From: Nitrospinales bacterium
GTDB taxonomy: Bacteria > Nitrospinota > Nitrospinia > Nitrospinales > VA-1
Length of the DNA: 64,000 nucleotides
NCBI GenBank assembly: GCA_965223345.1
Contig: CBDCWG010000012.1
Location: forward strand, 1,280,001-1,344,000
Direction of reading: 5' to 3'
Under the pieces are notes generated by a model. That model was not told the origin of the DNA. It made no database searches and saw only the letters and a list, made by a program, of their open reading frames with translations. Of this stretch, positions 51,014 through 60,279 are shown piece by piece. Numbering within the stretch: position 1 is the stretch's first letter; every line of letters begins with the position of its first letter. Made by a program: the position numbers and the translations under genes.

Positions 51014-52081
51014 ATGCCTCAGGACAGCAACAGAAGATTCTGGATCGGACTTGCGGTTGCGGCGCTGGCTTTGCTGTTTCTCTACCTCGCCCGGCATGTC
51101 GCGATTCCGTTTTTCGTGGCCTTCGCGCTGGCCTACCTGCTGGACCCGATCGTGGACAAGATGGAAAGCTGGAGGATCTCGCGCACGGTTTCGGTGGTCC
51201 TGCTCATGCTGGTGTTTTTTTCCATCTGTCTGATCGCCGGTGTGCTGCTGTTTCCGGTTTTGCAATTGCAGGCGGAAAACCTCGCGAAAAATCTGCCCGA
51301 ATACATCCGCGTGGTGCAGGAATGGCTGCGGCCCGTTCTGGAACGGTTCGGGGGGATGGACCACACGAAAATCCAGGAGTTCCTCAACGAAGGGCTCGAA
51401 CGCTTCGGCGAGCTTCCCATCAAGATTCTCGGATTCGCCACGCAGTTTTTGTGGGACTCGGTGTCCAATCTGTTCAGCATCGTGCTGATGGTGTTCAACT
51501 TGGTCATCATTCCGGTGGCGATGTTTTATCTGTTGCGCGATTTCGACACGATCAACGCCAAGCTGTTGAACCTCGTTCCGCCGCGGCTGCGCGAGCGGAC
51601 GCTCGAGATCGTGGGCGACATCGACCGGGTGCTGGCCTCGTTCGTGCGCGGCCAGATGATGGTGGCGCTGTTGATGGGGGTTCTGTACTCGATCGGGTTG
51701 TTTTTCTGCCAGACGCCGCTCAGCCTTTCGATCGGTTTTCTGGCGGGGCTGGCGAACCTGGTGCCGTATCTGGGGATCATCGTCGGGTTCGTTCCCGCTG
51801 CCGTGCTCACCTATTTGCAGACGCAGGACTGGATTCTGGTTTTCGGGGTGGTGGGCGTGTTCGCGGCGGTGCAGATGCTGGAAGGCATGGTCCTGACGCC
51901 GCGCATTCTCGGCGAGAACATCGGCCTGCATCCGGTGGCGGTGCTGTTTGCGGTGCTGCTCGGCGGCGACCTGTTCGGGCTGGTCGGCATCATCCTCGGC
52001 GTGCCGGTGGTCGCGGTGCTCAACGTGCTTTTACGGCGCGGCATCCTGCACTACAAAAAATCCTCGTTTTTCTCCGGCTGA
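51014..52081 (+). CDS. AI-2E family transporter (PerM-like)
   Basis: LAYLLDPIVD, FYLLRD, FVRGQ, VPYLG, LHPVAV. Confidence 0.92.
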   Translation: MPQDSNRRFWIGLAVAALALLFLYLARHVAIPFFVAFALAYLLDPIVDKMESWRISRTVSVVLLMLVFFSICLIAGVLLFPVLQLQAENLAKNLPEYIRVVQEWLRPVLERFGGMDHTKIQEFLNEGLERFGELPIKILGFATQFLWDSVSNLFSIVLMVFNLVIIPVAMFYLLRDFDTINAKLLNLVPPRLRERTLEIVGDIDRVLASFVRGQMMVALLMGVLYSIGLFFCQTPLSLSIGFLAGLANLVPYLGIIVGFVPAAVLTYLQTQDWILVFGVVGVFAAVQMLEGMVLTPRILGENIGLHPVAVLFAVLLGGDLFGLVGIILGVPVVAVLNVLLRRGILHYKKSSFFSG

Positions 52082-52133
52082 CCCGCTTCTCTCCGTTTAT
52101 TTAAAAAAATCAAACACGTACGCCCGATTGTCC

Positions 52134-52182
52134 TTGACCTGCCGACCCGGTTTCATTATATTTACTGTGATAGTAACCGGGT
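52134..52182 (+). promoter_or_regulatory. Sigma70 promoter overlapped by an 8-bp inverted repeat
   Basis: TTGACC-N17-TATATT; ACCCGGTT (52145) ... AACCGGGT (52175). Confidence 0.6.
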
Positions 52183-52349
52183 TTGACGGTTTTGTCCCAA
52201 CGCATTGACACTGCAAACCCTTCCGCGTTTTAAAAAGCGATCCAGGATCCCTCAAAGGATCGTCCCGTTTTCCGCATGTTCCACCCAAAGGCGCGGCCTT
52301 CCGGTTCCCGATCCGCGTGTTGCCCGCCTTCCCTTCAGGAGATTCCTTC

Positions 52350-53168
52350 ATGAACAGAATCGTTGCACACCCTCTGGCTGCCACTCCCGTCATCCACGAC
52401 ATCCAGACCAAACTGGAACGGAGCCGCTACAGTCCGCAAACCATTAAAGCCTATATGGGCCAATTGAAAATTTTCTTCCGCTCGATCCATCCCAAGGATC
52501 CCCGCAGCGTCACCCAGGATGAGATCCGCAGCTACCTGGAAAGCCTGGTGGCGTCGAACATGTCGCGTTCGACGGTGGACCAGGCGGTGAACGCGCTGGA
52601 GTTTTTCAGCCAGCTGGTGTTCGGCGCGCATCTCGATCTGACCGATTTCGAGCGGCCGCGCAAGAAAAAAGCCAACCCGGTGGTGCTGTCGCTGGATGAA
52701 GTGAAAAAGATCGCCGTCGCGGCGGAGAACCCCAAGCACCGGTTGATGATCGAGCTGGCCTACACGGCGGGGCTCAGGGTTTCGGAGGTGGTGGAGGTGC
52801 GCATCAAGCACATCGATCTGGCGCAGCTCAAGCTGTTTGTCCCCGGTCAGGGACCGGATGGCTGGGGCCGGACGACGATTTTTTCATCGAGCCTGAAGGA
52901 CGCGCTGGCGCGGCAGATCGGCACCAAAGAAGGCGAAGACCTGCTGTTCCCCAGCGAGCGGGGCGGTGCCCTCACCACGCGCGCCGTGGCCAAATTTTTC
53001 AAGGCCGCGCTCAAGACCTCGGGTGTGGAAAAATCGGCGACGCCGCATTCGCTCCGGCATTCCTTCTCGGTGTTCATGCTGGAGAAGGGAACCGACCCGC
53101 ACCTGATCCAGAACCTGCTGGGTCTGCGCCGCATGTCTCCGGCGGCGATCCGCGCCGTGGCGCATTGA
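52350..53168 (+). CDS. Tyrosine recombinase/integrase homologue, probably catalytically inactive
   Basis: N-terminal YSPQTIKAY (SAM-like domain), AGLRVSE, TPHSLRHSF; ends LLGLRRMSPAAIRAVAH without His or Tyr; AGGAG RBS. Confidence 0.88.
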   Translation: MNRIVAHPLAATPVIHDIQTKLERSRYSPQTIKAYMGQLKIFFRSIHPKDPRSVTQDEIRSYLESLVASNMSRSTVDQAVNALEFFSQLVFGAHLDLTDFERPRKKKANPVVLSLDEVKKIAVAAENPKHRLMIELAYTAGLRVSEVVEVRIKHIDLAQLKLFVPGQGPDGWGRTTIFSSSLKDALARQIGTKEGEDLLFPSERGGALTTRAVAKFFKAALKTSGVEKSATPHSLRHSFSVFMLEKGTDPHLIQNLLGLRRMSPAAIRAVAH

Positions 53169-53199
53169 TTCCTTCGCCCTGCGGCGGGTTGCGGATGAT

Positions 53200-53970
53200 T
53201 CAGAAGCCCAGCTGGTAACCGAGGTTGAGTTTGAAATCGGGCGCGGCGTCGTCCCCGAAACCGCCGCCGACGCCCAGCGCCACCACCGACCAGGGATTCA
53301 CCTGCTTGCGCACGCCCAGCGAGAACGTGAGCAGGGGATCGCCTCCCTTCTGCTTCGCGCGGTCGATGAAAAAATCCGCGACGAACAGGTGGTCGAGGTC
53401 GATGGGGTGGTCGTAGCCGAGGCCGAAGGAATACAGATCCTGCCTCTCTTCGGAATCCGGCTCGTCGTTGCGCTCGTAACCGGCGTTGAGATGGAAACGG
53501 TGCGGGCCCCATCCGCGCGTCGCGATGCCGGTGACGCTGAAATCGACACCGCCCGAATCGACGCCCGTCGGTAAGATCACGCCCGCCTGGACCGCAAACG
53601 CGGGAAGGGCGGGCGCTTCCACATTGAAGTTATACAATCCCTCCAGTTCGATATCGCCGTTGTTTTCCATGTCGCCGTCCTCGCGGAATTCGAGCGGGAC
53701 CCCCAGGGCGACGTGCGCGTTTTTCATGAATCCCCATTTGAATTCCGGGTCGATCCCGCCGGCGTGCGTTCCGTCTTCGCCTTCGTGCTCGTATTCCGCT
53801 CCCAGCTGCAACTCCAGTGCCCGGTAGGCGATGGGGTAGGCGTCCTCGATGGTGGTGGGGAAGCCGCTTTCCAGGTTGCTGTGATCGGCGGTGAAAGCCG
53901 GGTTCGGCGTGAACGACAACAGGGACAGCAGCATAAAGATAAGTGCACGCAAACCGCAACGCTCGTTCAT
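53200..53970 (-). CDS. Outer-membrane beta-barrel protein (putative transporter)
   Basis: Signal peptide, alternating beta-strand pattern, C-terminal LNLGYQLGF. Confidence 0.75.
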   Translation of the reverse strand: MNERCGLRALIFMLLSLLSFTPNPAFTADHSNLESGFPTTIEDAYPIAYRALELQLGAEYEHEGEDGTHAGGIDPEFKWGFMKNAHVALGVPLEFREDGDMENNGDIELEGLYNFNVEAPALPAFAVQAGVILPTGVDSGGVDFSVTGIATRGWGPHRFHLNAGYERNDEPDSEERQDLYSFGLGYDHPIDLDHLFVADFFIDRAKQKGGDPLLTFSLGVRKQVNPWSVVALGVGGGFGDDAAPDFKLNLGYQLGF

Positions 53971-53971
53971 G

Positions 53972-55012
53972 TCAGCCGCCGTGTGAGTGGTGCATGGAAT
54001 GGCCCATGATGCGTCCCATCTCGCCGCCGCCTTCCTTCATGTCGCGGGAGTAGACCAGAGGGTCCAGATCGGGAAACGGCGTGGGGAACTCTTGCGCGCG
54101 CTCCCGGTCTCCTGTGCGGTACAGCATCAAATCGATCATGCGGTAGATCTCCGCGCGTTTGTCGGTGACCGCATCGGATGCGAGGATGTCGTAGACGATG
54201 CCGTGAAACATGTGCAGGTTGTCGAAGATGTTGGCGGCTTCGGGGGTCAGACGGCTGAAGCGGGGCATGACTTCCCGGGACAGCAGCATGCGGTTGGGCG
54301 GCACTTTCAACACTTCGTCGAGGAACAGGTCGTCGATTTTCAGGATGGCGCGGCGTTGCGGTTCGGGCTGGGGATGCAGGATCTGCGCTTCGTAGACCGC
54401 GGGGTGCCACCAGTGAAACGCCCAGAACAGGGCGGTGGTTTCCGGCCACTGGCTGCGGAACGCTTTAAACCAGGGCTGTTCTGTGAGCTTCACCCGCTGC
54501 ATGATGACTTCCTCAAACGGGGCCGGGCTGAACGCCATCTCCGGTTCGCTCAGGTAATAATCGACGGCGCGGTCAATCCAGCGTTTCTTGTCGGCGACCG
54601 GGATGGACGCGTCGGTCATGATGTCGTACAACTGCTCGTGCAGCTGGTGCGTCCAGTCGATGATGTGGACGGCGCGCCAGGCCAGCCGGGCGAAATCCGG
54701 GCCCACGTAGTCCTGATGCGGTTCGGTCTTGGCGGGGTTTTCCAGAAACACGCGGCTTTGCTTATAGAACGCTTGGTCCGCCTTTTGCGGATCGGCCGGT
54801 TTGGACAGCAGCACGTCGCTGATGCTGCCGTGCGCCCAGTGGGCGACGGTGGTGAGCTTGAAATCCTTGGGATGGGTTTTGTAGAACGCGTAATTGTAAG
54901 CCCCGCGCAAGGGACGGATCTCGTTGCGGGGCTCCAGGTTCTGGCAGGCCGCGGCGATCGAGCCTGCAAAGAGGATCGCGAGAGCGGTGCGAATGTGTGC
55001 CGGACGTTGCAT
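53972..55012 (-). CDS. His-rich lipoprotein with internal duplication, unknown function
   Basis: AAAC lipobox; repeats DWTHQLHEQLYDI and DNLHMFHGIVYDI; C-terminal MGHSMHHSHGG. Confidence 0.8.
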   Translation of the reverse strand: MQRPAHIRTALAILFAGSIAAACQNLEPRNEIRPLRGAYNYAFYKTHPKDFKLTTVAHWAHGSISDVLLSKPADPQKADQAFYKQSRVFLENPAKTEPHQDYVGPDFARLAWRAVHIIDWTHQLHEQLYDIMTDASIPVADKKRWIDRAVDYYLSEPEMAFSPAPFEEVIMQRVKLTEQPWFKAFRSQWPETTALFWAFHWWHPAVYEAQILHPQPEPQRRAILKIDDLFLDEVLKVPPNRMLLSREVMPRFSRLTPEAANIFDNLHMFHGIVYDILASDAVTDKRAEIYRMIDLMLYRTGDRERAQEFPTPFPDLDPLVYSRDMKEGGGEMGRIMGHSMHHSHGG

Positions 55013-55049
55013 GGCGAACCTCTGCGCGGGCGCTGAAAAAATTCCGCCG

Positions 55050-56117
55050 TCAAACGGGATCGTAGCGCATGTTGCGCCGTTGCGGCGTGAACCCGCCGTC
55101 GGTGATCAGACGGCGGATGTCTTCTTCGTTCAGGCAGTGGATGGTGCCCGCGGCACGCACCACGTTTTCCTCCAGCATGGTGCTGCCCATGTCGTTGGCG
55201 CCATAATAGAGCGCGACCTGTCCCACCTTCGGCCCCTGCGTCACCCAGGACGATTGCAGGTTGTCGATGTTGTCGAGAACGATGCGGCTGATCGCCACGG
55301 TTTTCAGGTAGTCGAGCCCGGATATGGAAGCATCGATGCCGGCGTCGAGGCTCAGCTCCGTGTTGCCCGGCTGGTAAGGCCAGGGGATGAACGCGGTGAA
55401 GCCGCCGGTCCTGTCCTGCTGCTCGCGGATGCGCATCAGGTGCTCGACGCGGTCGGCGTGGGTTTCCACGTGGCCGAACATCATGGTGGCGGTGGTCGGG
55501 ATGCCCTTGCGGTGCGCCTTGTCCATCACCTCCAGCCACTCGTCGCTGGAGCATTTCAAGGGGCTGATCTTGCCGCGCACCTTATCCACCAGGATTTCCG
55601 CGCCGCCACCCGGGATCGAATCCAGCCCGGCCGCACGCAGCCGGTCGAGGGTTTCGTCGATCGAGATCTTGGAGATACGGCTGGTGTGCACGATCTCCGG
55701 CGGGGACAGGGCGTGCAGGTGGATGCCGAAGCGTTCTTTGATTTTACGGAACAGGTCCTCGAAATAATCGATCTTAAGCTGGATGTTGTGCCCGCCCTGC
55801 AGCAGGATCTGGTTTCCCCCCAGCCTTTGGGTTTCCTCGATTTTTTCCGCGATGGTTTCGAAGGGCAGCACGTAGGCGTCCTCGTCGCGTTCCTTGCGGT
55901 AAAACGCGCAGAAAGCGCAATCGGTGACGCAGATGTTGGTGTAGTTGATGTTGCGATCGACGATGTAGGTGACGACGCGCGGCTTTTTTTTCTTCCAGGC
56001 GATGCGCGACGCCACGTTGCCCAGAAGCAGGATGTCGTGCGTGGCGAACAGCTGCAGGGCTTCTTCGCTGTCGATCCTTTGGCCGTCGAGGGCTTTTTTC
56101 AGGATGGTCTCAACCAT
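55050..56117 (-). CDS. mqnC: Cyclic dehypoxanthinyl futalosine synthase (radical SAM)
   Basis: VDRNINYTNICVTDCAFCAFYR, PGGGAEIL, TATMMFGHVE, QSSWVTQG, MLEENVV. Confidence 0.9.
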   Translation of the reverse strand: MVETILKKALDGQRIDSEEALQLFATHDILLLGNVASRIAWKKKKPRVVTYIVDRNINYTNICVTDCAFCAFYRKERDEDAYVLPFETIAEKIEETQRLGGNQILLQGGHNIQLKIDYFEDLFRKIKERFGIHLHALSPPEIVHTSRISKISIDETLDRLRAAGLDSIPGGGAEILVDKVRGKISPLKCSSDEWLEVMDKAHRKGIPTTATMMFGHVETHADRVEHLMRIREQQDRTGGFTAFIPWPYQPGNTELSLDAGIDASISGLDYLKTVAISRIVLDNIDNLQSSWVTQGPKVGQVALYYGANDMGSTMLEENVVRAAGTIHCLNEEDIRRLITDGGFTPQRRNMRYDPV

Positions 56118-56120
56118 GAG

Positions 56121-56507
56121 TCAATAGTCGCAGTGGATTTCAAGGTGGTTGAAATCCGGATCGTTGAAATAAATCGATTCGCCTTCGCCGCGTTTGACCG
56201 GGCCGCTGTCGATGTGGATGTTTTTAGCCTTCAGCTCATCGACGATGGATTGAAACGTCTGCCTGTCGGCCTCGAACGCCAGATGCATGTAGCCCTGTTC
56301 GCTCAGCAGATCGAGGGCGTTGCGCGTGTCGAGATCCTGCGATTCGAACAGGGCGAGCGCGCCGTTGCCCGTATCGAGCATGAGGTGGCGCAGCCCTTTC
56401 GAGAACCGCTGCGTCACGGAAAATCCGAGCACGTCGGTGTAGAATTTTTCCGCGCGGTCCAGATCGCGAACGTTGAGGGCGATGTGGTGGATTCCCTTGA
56501 GCTGCAT
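56121..56507 (-). CDS. VOC family protein
   Basis: IHHIALNVRDL, HLAF, SIYFNDPDFNHLEI. Confidence 0.88.
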   Translation of the reverse strand: MQLKGIHHIALNVRDLDRAEKFYTDVLGFSVTQRFSKGLRHLMLDTGNGALALFESQDLDTRNALDLLSEQGYMHLAFEADRQTFQSIVDELKAKNIHIDSGPVKRGEGESIYFNDPDFNHLEIHCDY

Positions 56508-56528
56508 GGTGCGTCCCGCTCCGTCTGG

Positions 56529-56894
56529 TTACAGCGTGCCGTCGCCGGCGCCGAGGGAAGGCGCGTTGAGCCCGTCCACGCCGGTGTCGCCCATCGGGTC
56601 TTCGTGGGTGATGACGAAAATGTGGAAGCCGAAAGTGGTTTTGACCGGGCCCTGCACCTCGCGCACCGGCGCCTTTTGCGCGGCCGCGTACAATTCCGGC
56701 GCGCTGGTGTGCACTTCCAGGATTCCCAGGTCGCCGGCTTTATGGCGGGAGCTGCAGGCGCTGTATTTTTTCGCCTGTTTGGCGAAGCTTTTCATCATGG
56801 CTTCGTAATCGTCGTAGGATTTCAAATGCTCCAGCAGCACGTTGGCGAGATCCTCGGTGGTCAAAACGATGTGGCTCAGGTACAGCGATCTCAT
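56529..56894 (-). CDS. Parvulin-type peptidyl-prolyl isomerase
   Basis: SHIV, AKKYSACSS, GDLG, GPVKTTFGFHI. Confidence 0.82.
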   Translation of the reverse strand: MRSLYLSHIVLTTEDLANVLLEHLKSYDDYEAMMKSFAKQAKKYSACSSRHKAGDLGILEVHTSAPELYAAAQKAPVREVQGPVKTTFGFHIFVITHEDPMGDTGVDGLNAPSLGAGDGTL

Positions 56895-57036
56895 GATCGG
56901 TTCTCTCAATGATTCAATAAGATAGTTATCGGTCTCCGGCGCCCGGAGAGCCCGTTTTCCTGCCGTGGTGTCCTACGATTGTAGCGGGTTTCGCTAATTT
57001 TACAAGGTTTATCGGGGGGCTTGCCGGGGGTGGAAA

Positions 57037-57837
57037 TCAGAGGAGAAAGCTCACGCCGCCCATGATCCGGGGGATCAGTTTGGGGCGTGCGAGGCGGGGG
57101 TCGTACGCGGCGAGGCGGCGGCGGTTTTCCTTCAGGCACAGGTCCACGAAGGCTTTGGGGGAAAGGGAGGATTTTTCGTGTTTGCGCGCCTGGATGGTGA
57201 ACGCCGAACCGCCGACATTTTTGAGTTCCTTGAGCCGGCCCCAGGCGGCGGCTGCGTAAGCCCAGCAGGTGCGGAAGTAATGGACCGGCTGCAACAGCAT
57301 CGGCCGCTTGTAGCGCTGATAGAGAATCCAGTTCTGGATGAACAGGATGTGGCGCGCTTCTTCCTGGACGATCGGTTCCATCACCTCGATCAGTTCCCTG
57401 GGGTAATCGTTGGTGGATTTGGAAATCTCCAGAAACCCGAATGCGAAAAACGAGTCGATGCATTCCCCCGCTCCGGTGTTGAGAAAAACCTGCTCCAGGT
57501 TGCGCGGCAGCGGGTTGTCGGGCTTTTCCTTGAAGGGGATGTCGTAGCGCTTGAGAAAGTACTGCAACAGATCGGAATGACGTTTCTCTTCGTATCCCTG
57601 CAGCGCCATGGCTTCCTTGAGCAGCGGATCGGTGATCTCGCCCGAATAGGCTTCGAGTTTGCGGAACACCTGGCGCTCGGTGTGGACGGCGTGATCCCAG
57701 ATCGGGAATGCGGCGAGTTTTTTGACGACTTTTTCATCGAGCTCGGGCCAGGGAAGCTCTTCCGGCGTGAAGGGCTTGTGGGTGTCGATGAAAAATCTGC
57801 AAAACAGTTCTTTGTGTTCTGGCGTCCCGTATTGCAT
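57037..57837 (-). CDS. Ferritin-like di-iron domain protein
   Basis: EEKRH, ECIDSFFAFG, EEARH motifs. Confidence 0.8.
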   Translation of the reverse strand: MQYGTPEHKELFCRFFIDTHKPFTPEELPWPELDEKVVKKLAAFPIWDHAVHTERQVFRKLEAYSGEITDPLLKEAMALQGYEEKRHSDLLQYFLKRYDIPFKEKPDNPLPRNLEQVFLNTGAGECIDSFFAFGFLEISKSTNDYPRELIEVMEPIVQEEARHILFIQNWILYQRYKRPMLLQPVHYFRTCWAYAAAAWGRLKELKNVGGSAFTIQARKHEKSSLSPKAFVDLCLKENRRRLAAYDPRLARPKLIPRIMGGVSFLL

Positions 57838-57965
57838 CGATGTCCTAAATAAAAGATATTAAGAAGTCGATTCAATCTGTCATCGTATTTTCAGCGATTT
57901 TTTATCACAACCGGAGACCGGTTGCCAAACTTTTTTGACAAGAAGGTGTTGCGCGGTGGTTCTAT

Positions 57966-59501
57966 TTATCGCTTGCAGAAATGGGTTTCGATGGCCTCGG
58001 CGAGCGCATCGACGGTGAAGGTTTCGGGCATGACGGCGACGGTCAGTCCCGCGTCTTCGGCGGTTTTTTTTGTGATCGGTCCGATGCAGGCGATGGCCAC
58101 GTCGCCAAGCGCGTCCCTGTTTTCTGCGCCGATCATCTTGAGAAAATGCGTCACCGTCGAGGAAGAGGTGAAGGTGACGGCGTCGATGGTTTTTTCCGCC
58201 AGCCGTTTGCGGAAATCCTCGCCGCGGTCTTTGGGAAGCACGGTGCGGTAGGCGGGCGCCACATCGACCTCTGCGCCCAGGTCGCGCAGCGTATCGGGCA
58301 GAATCTCGCGGGCGACGGCGGCGCGCGGCAGCAGGAAGCGTTTTCCCTTCAGCGTTTCGCCTTTCAGCGCTTCGATCAATGATTCGGCCACGAAATCCTT
58401 CGGCACCACGTCCACCCGAATCCCAAGCGCCAGCACGGCCTGTTCGGTTTTGGGGCCGATGGTGCAGACCTTAAGACCGTGCAGGTCGCGGATGTCTTTT
58501 TTTTGTTGCTTGAGCCGCTCGATGAAAAAGCGAACACCGTTGACGCTGGTGAAGATGATGCCGTTGTATTTGGATAGATTGTCCAGCGCCCGGTCCAGCG
58601 GTTCCCAGCTCTCCGGGGCCACCGTCTGGATGACGGGGTAGGAGTAGGCTTCCGCGCCTTTTTCCTGCAGCAATTCGATGAAGCTTTCCGACTGTTCCTC
58701 GGCGCGCGTCACGACGATGGTTTTGCCGAACAGCGGCAGGTTTTCGTACCACTCGATGTGGCGTTTGTAGTTGACCACCTCGCCGATGATGGTGAGCGCC
58801 GGCGGGCGGATCTGTTCCTGCTCCGCGATGCCGACAATGGTCGCAAGCGTCCCGGTCCAGGTTTTCTGGCGCGCGGTGCTGCCCCACTGGATCACCGCAA
58901 CCGGGGTGTCGGGATCTTTGCCGTAGCGCATCAGGTTTTCGGTGATCTTCGGCAGCTTGCGCGCGCCCATGAGAAAAACCAGCGTGCCGGTGCGGCCGGC
59001 GATCTTTTCCCAGTCGATGCGCAGATCGCCCGTCAGTTTCTCGTTGCTGCCGGTGATGATGGAAATGGAACTGGAGGCGTCGCGGTGCGTGAGGGGAATG
59101 CCCGCGTAGGCGGAGACGCCCATGGGCGAGGACACGCCCGGCACCACGGCGAAGGGGATGCCCGCTTCCTTGAGATGCTGCGCTTCTTCGCCGCCGCGTC
59201 CGAAGATGAACGGGTCGCCGCCCTTGAGACGCACCACGATGTTGCCGGCGCGCGCCTTTTCCACCAGCAGCGCGTTGATGGCCTCCTGCGACAGCGTGGC
59301 GTAACCGGCTTTTTTGCCGGCGTAGATGAGTTCCGCCGATTCGGGCGCGAAGCGCAGGATGTTCCAGCCGACCAGATGATCGTAGACCACCACGTCGGCG
59401 CGGCTCAGCCATTGCCTGCCTTTGAGCGTCAGCAGCCCGGGATCGCCCGGTCCGGCGCCGACCAGCAGAACGCGTCCTGTCCTGACGGGGGTGTCAGTCA
59501 T
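57966..59501 (-). CDS. cobA: Uroporphyrinogen-III C-methyltransferase / uroporphyrinogen-III synthase fusion (CobA-HemD)
   Basis: VGAGPGDPGLLT, RLKGGDPFIFGRGGEE; then VVTRA, FTSVNGV, FTSSSTV, CIGPIT. Confidence 0.95.
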   Translation of the reverse strand: MTDTPVRTGRVLLVGAGPGDPGLLTLKGRQWLSRADVVVYDHLVGWNILRFAPESAELIYAGKKAGYATLSQEAINALLVEKARAGNIVVRLKGGDPFIFGRGGEEAQHLKEAGIPFAVVPGVSSPMGVSAYAGIPLTHRDASSSISIITGSNEKLTGDLRIDWEKIAGRTGTLVFLMGARKLPKITENLMRYGKDPDTPVAVIQWGSTARQKTWTGTLATIVGIAEQEQIRPPALTIIGEVVNYKRHIEWYENLPLFGKTIVVTRAEEQSESFIELLQEKGAEAYSYPVIQTVAPESWEPLDRALDNLSKYNGIIFTSVNGVRFFIERLKQQKKDIRDLHGLKVCTIGPKTEQAVLALGIRVDVVPKDFVAESLIEALKGETLKGKRFLLPRAAVAREILPDTLRDLGAEVDVAPAYRTVLPKDRGEDFRKRLAEKTIDAVTFTSSSTVTHFLKMIGAENRDALGDVAIACIGPITKKTAEDAGLTVAVMPETFTVDALAEAIETHFCKR

Positions 59502-60279
59502 GTTGGGCCTCAAGGTGGTTCGCCAGCACGGCGAAATCCTGCAGGGACAGGGTTTCGCCGCGGCGCGACAAATCGATGCCTGCGAGCAGGGTTTTGCCGT
59601 TTTCCGTCCGGAACCGATTCTGCCAAAGTTTCAAATTGTTTTTCAACATTTTCCGCTTGTGAAAGAAAGCGGCGTTCACCACTTTGAAGTAAATGGCTGC
59701 ATCGCGCACCGCCACTTTCGGTTGCGAAAGCGGCGTCAGCTTCACCACCGAGGAGTCGATCTTGGGCTGCGGCGAAAACGCGGTCTTCGGCACTTCCAGC
59801 AGGCGTTCGGTGTCGCAGTGAAACTGGATGAACACCGAGAGGGAGCCGTACTCCTTCTGCATGGGCGCTGCCGTGAAACGATCGACCACTTCCTTTTGCA
59901 GCATGACGGTCATGTCCAGGATGTGGGCGCGGTAGTGGATCAGCCGCTTGACGATGTGGGTGGCGGCGTAATACGGCAGGTTGGAGACCACTTTCAATCC
60001 GGTTCCCAGCTTGCTGTAATCGAATTTCACAGCATCGGCTTCCAGCAGGGTGAAATTGCTTTTGCCGCCGAAGCGTTTTTTGAGCTGGCCGCAGAGTTTG
60101 GGATCGATCTCCAGTGCGGTCAGGTGCGCCGCGCGGTCGATCAGCCGTTCGGTCAGGATGCCTTTGCCGGGGCCGATTTCCAGAACCGGGTCTTCGGGGC
60201 GGATGCGCGCGGCCTCGACGATGCGGTGGGCGAGATCGGTGTCGATGAGAAAGTTTTGTCCCAGCGCCCTTTTTTTCAT
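59494..60279 (-). CDS. rsmA: 16S rRNA dimethyladenosine transferase
   Basis: LGQNFL, EIGPGKG, SNLPY, MLQKEV, PKIDS. Confidence 0.95.
   Translation of the reverse strand: MKKRALGQNFLIDTDLAHRIVEAARIRPEDPVLEIGPGKGILTERLIDRAAHLTALEIDPKLCGQLKKRFGGKSNFTLLEADAVKFDYSKLGTGLKVVSNLPYYAATHIVKRLIHYRAHILDMTVMLQKEVVDRFTAAPMQKEYGSLSVFIQFHCDTERLLEVPKTAFSPQPKIDSSVVKLTPLSQPKVAVRDAAIYFKVVNAAFFHKRKMLKNNLKLWQNRFRTENGKTLLAGIDLSRRGETLSLQDFAVLANHLEAQHD

Noticed and set aside
53110..53200. Frameshift hiding the recombinase H...Y motif
   Set aside because: The other two frames give no H-x-T-x-Y-like motif, and the convergent gene ends 31 bp later
52082..55012. Integron (intI plus cassette array) or prophage at the recombinase gene
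   Set aside because: Protein is short and lacks the catalytic Tyr; no attC sites or phage genes seen; neighbours look host-like
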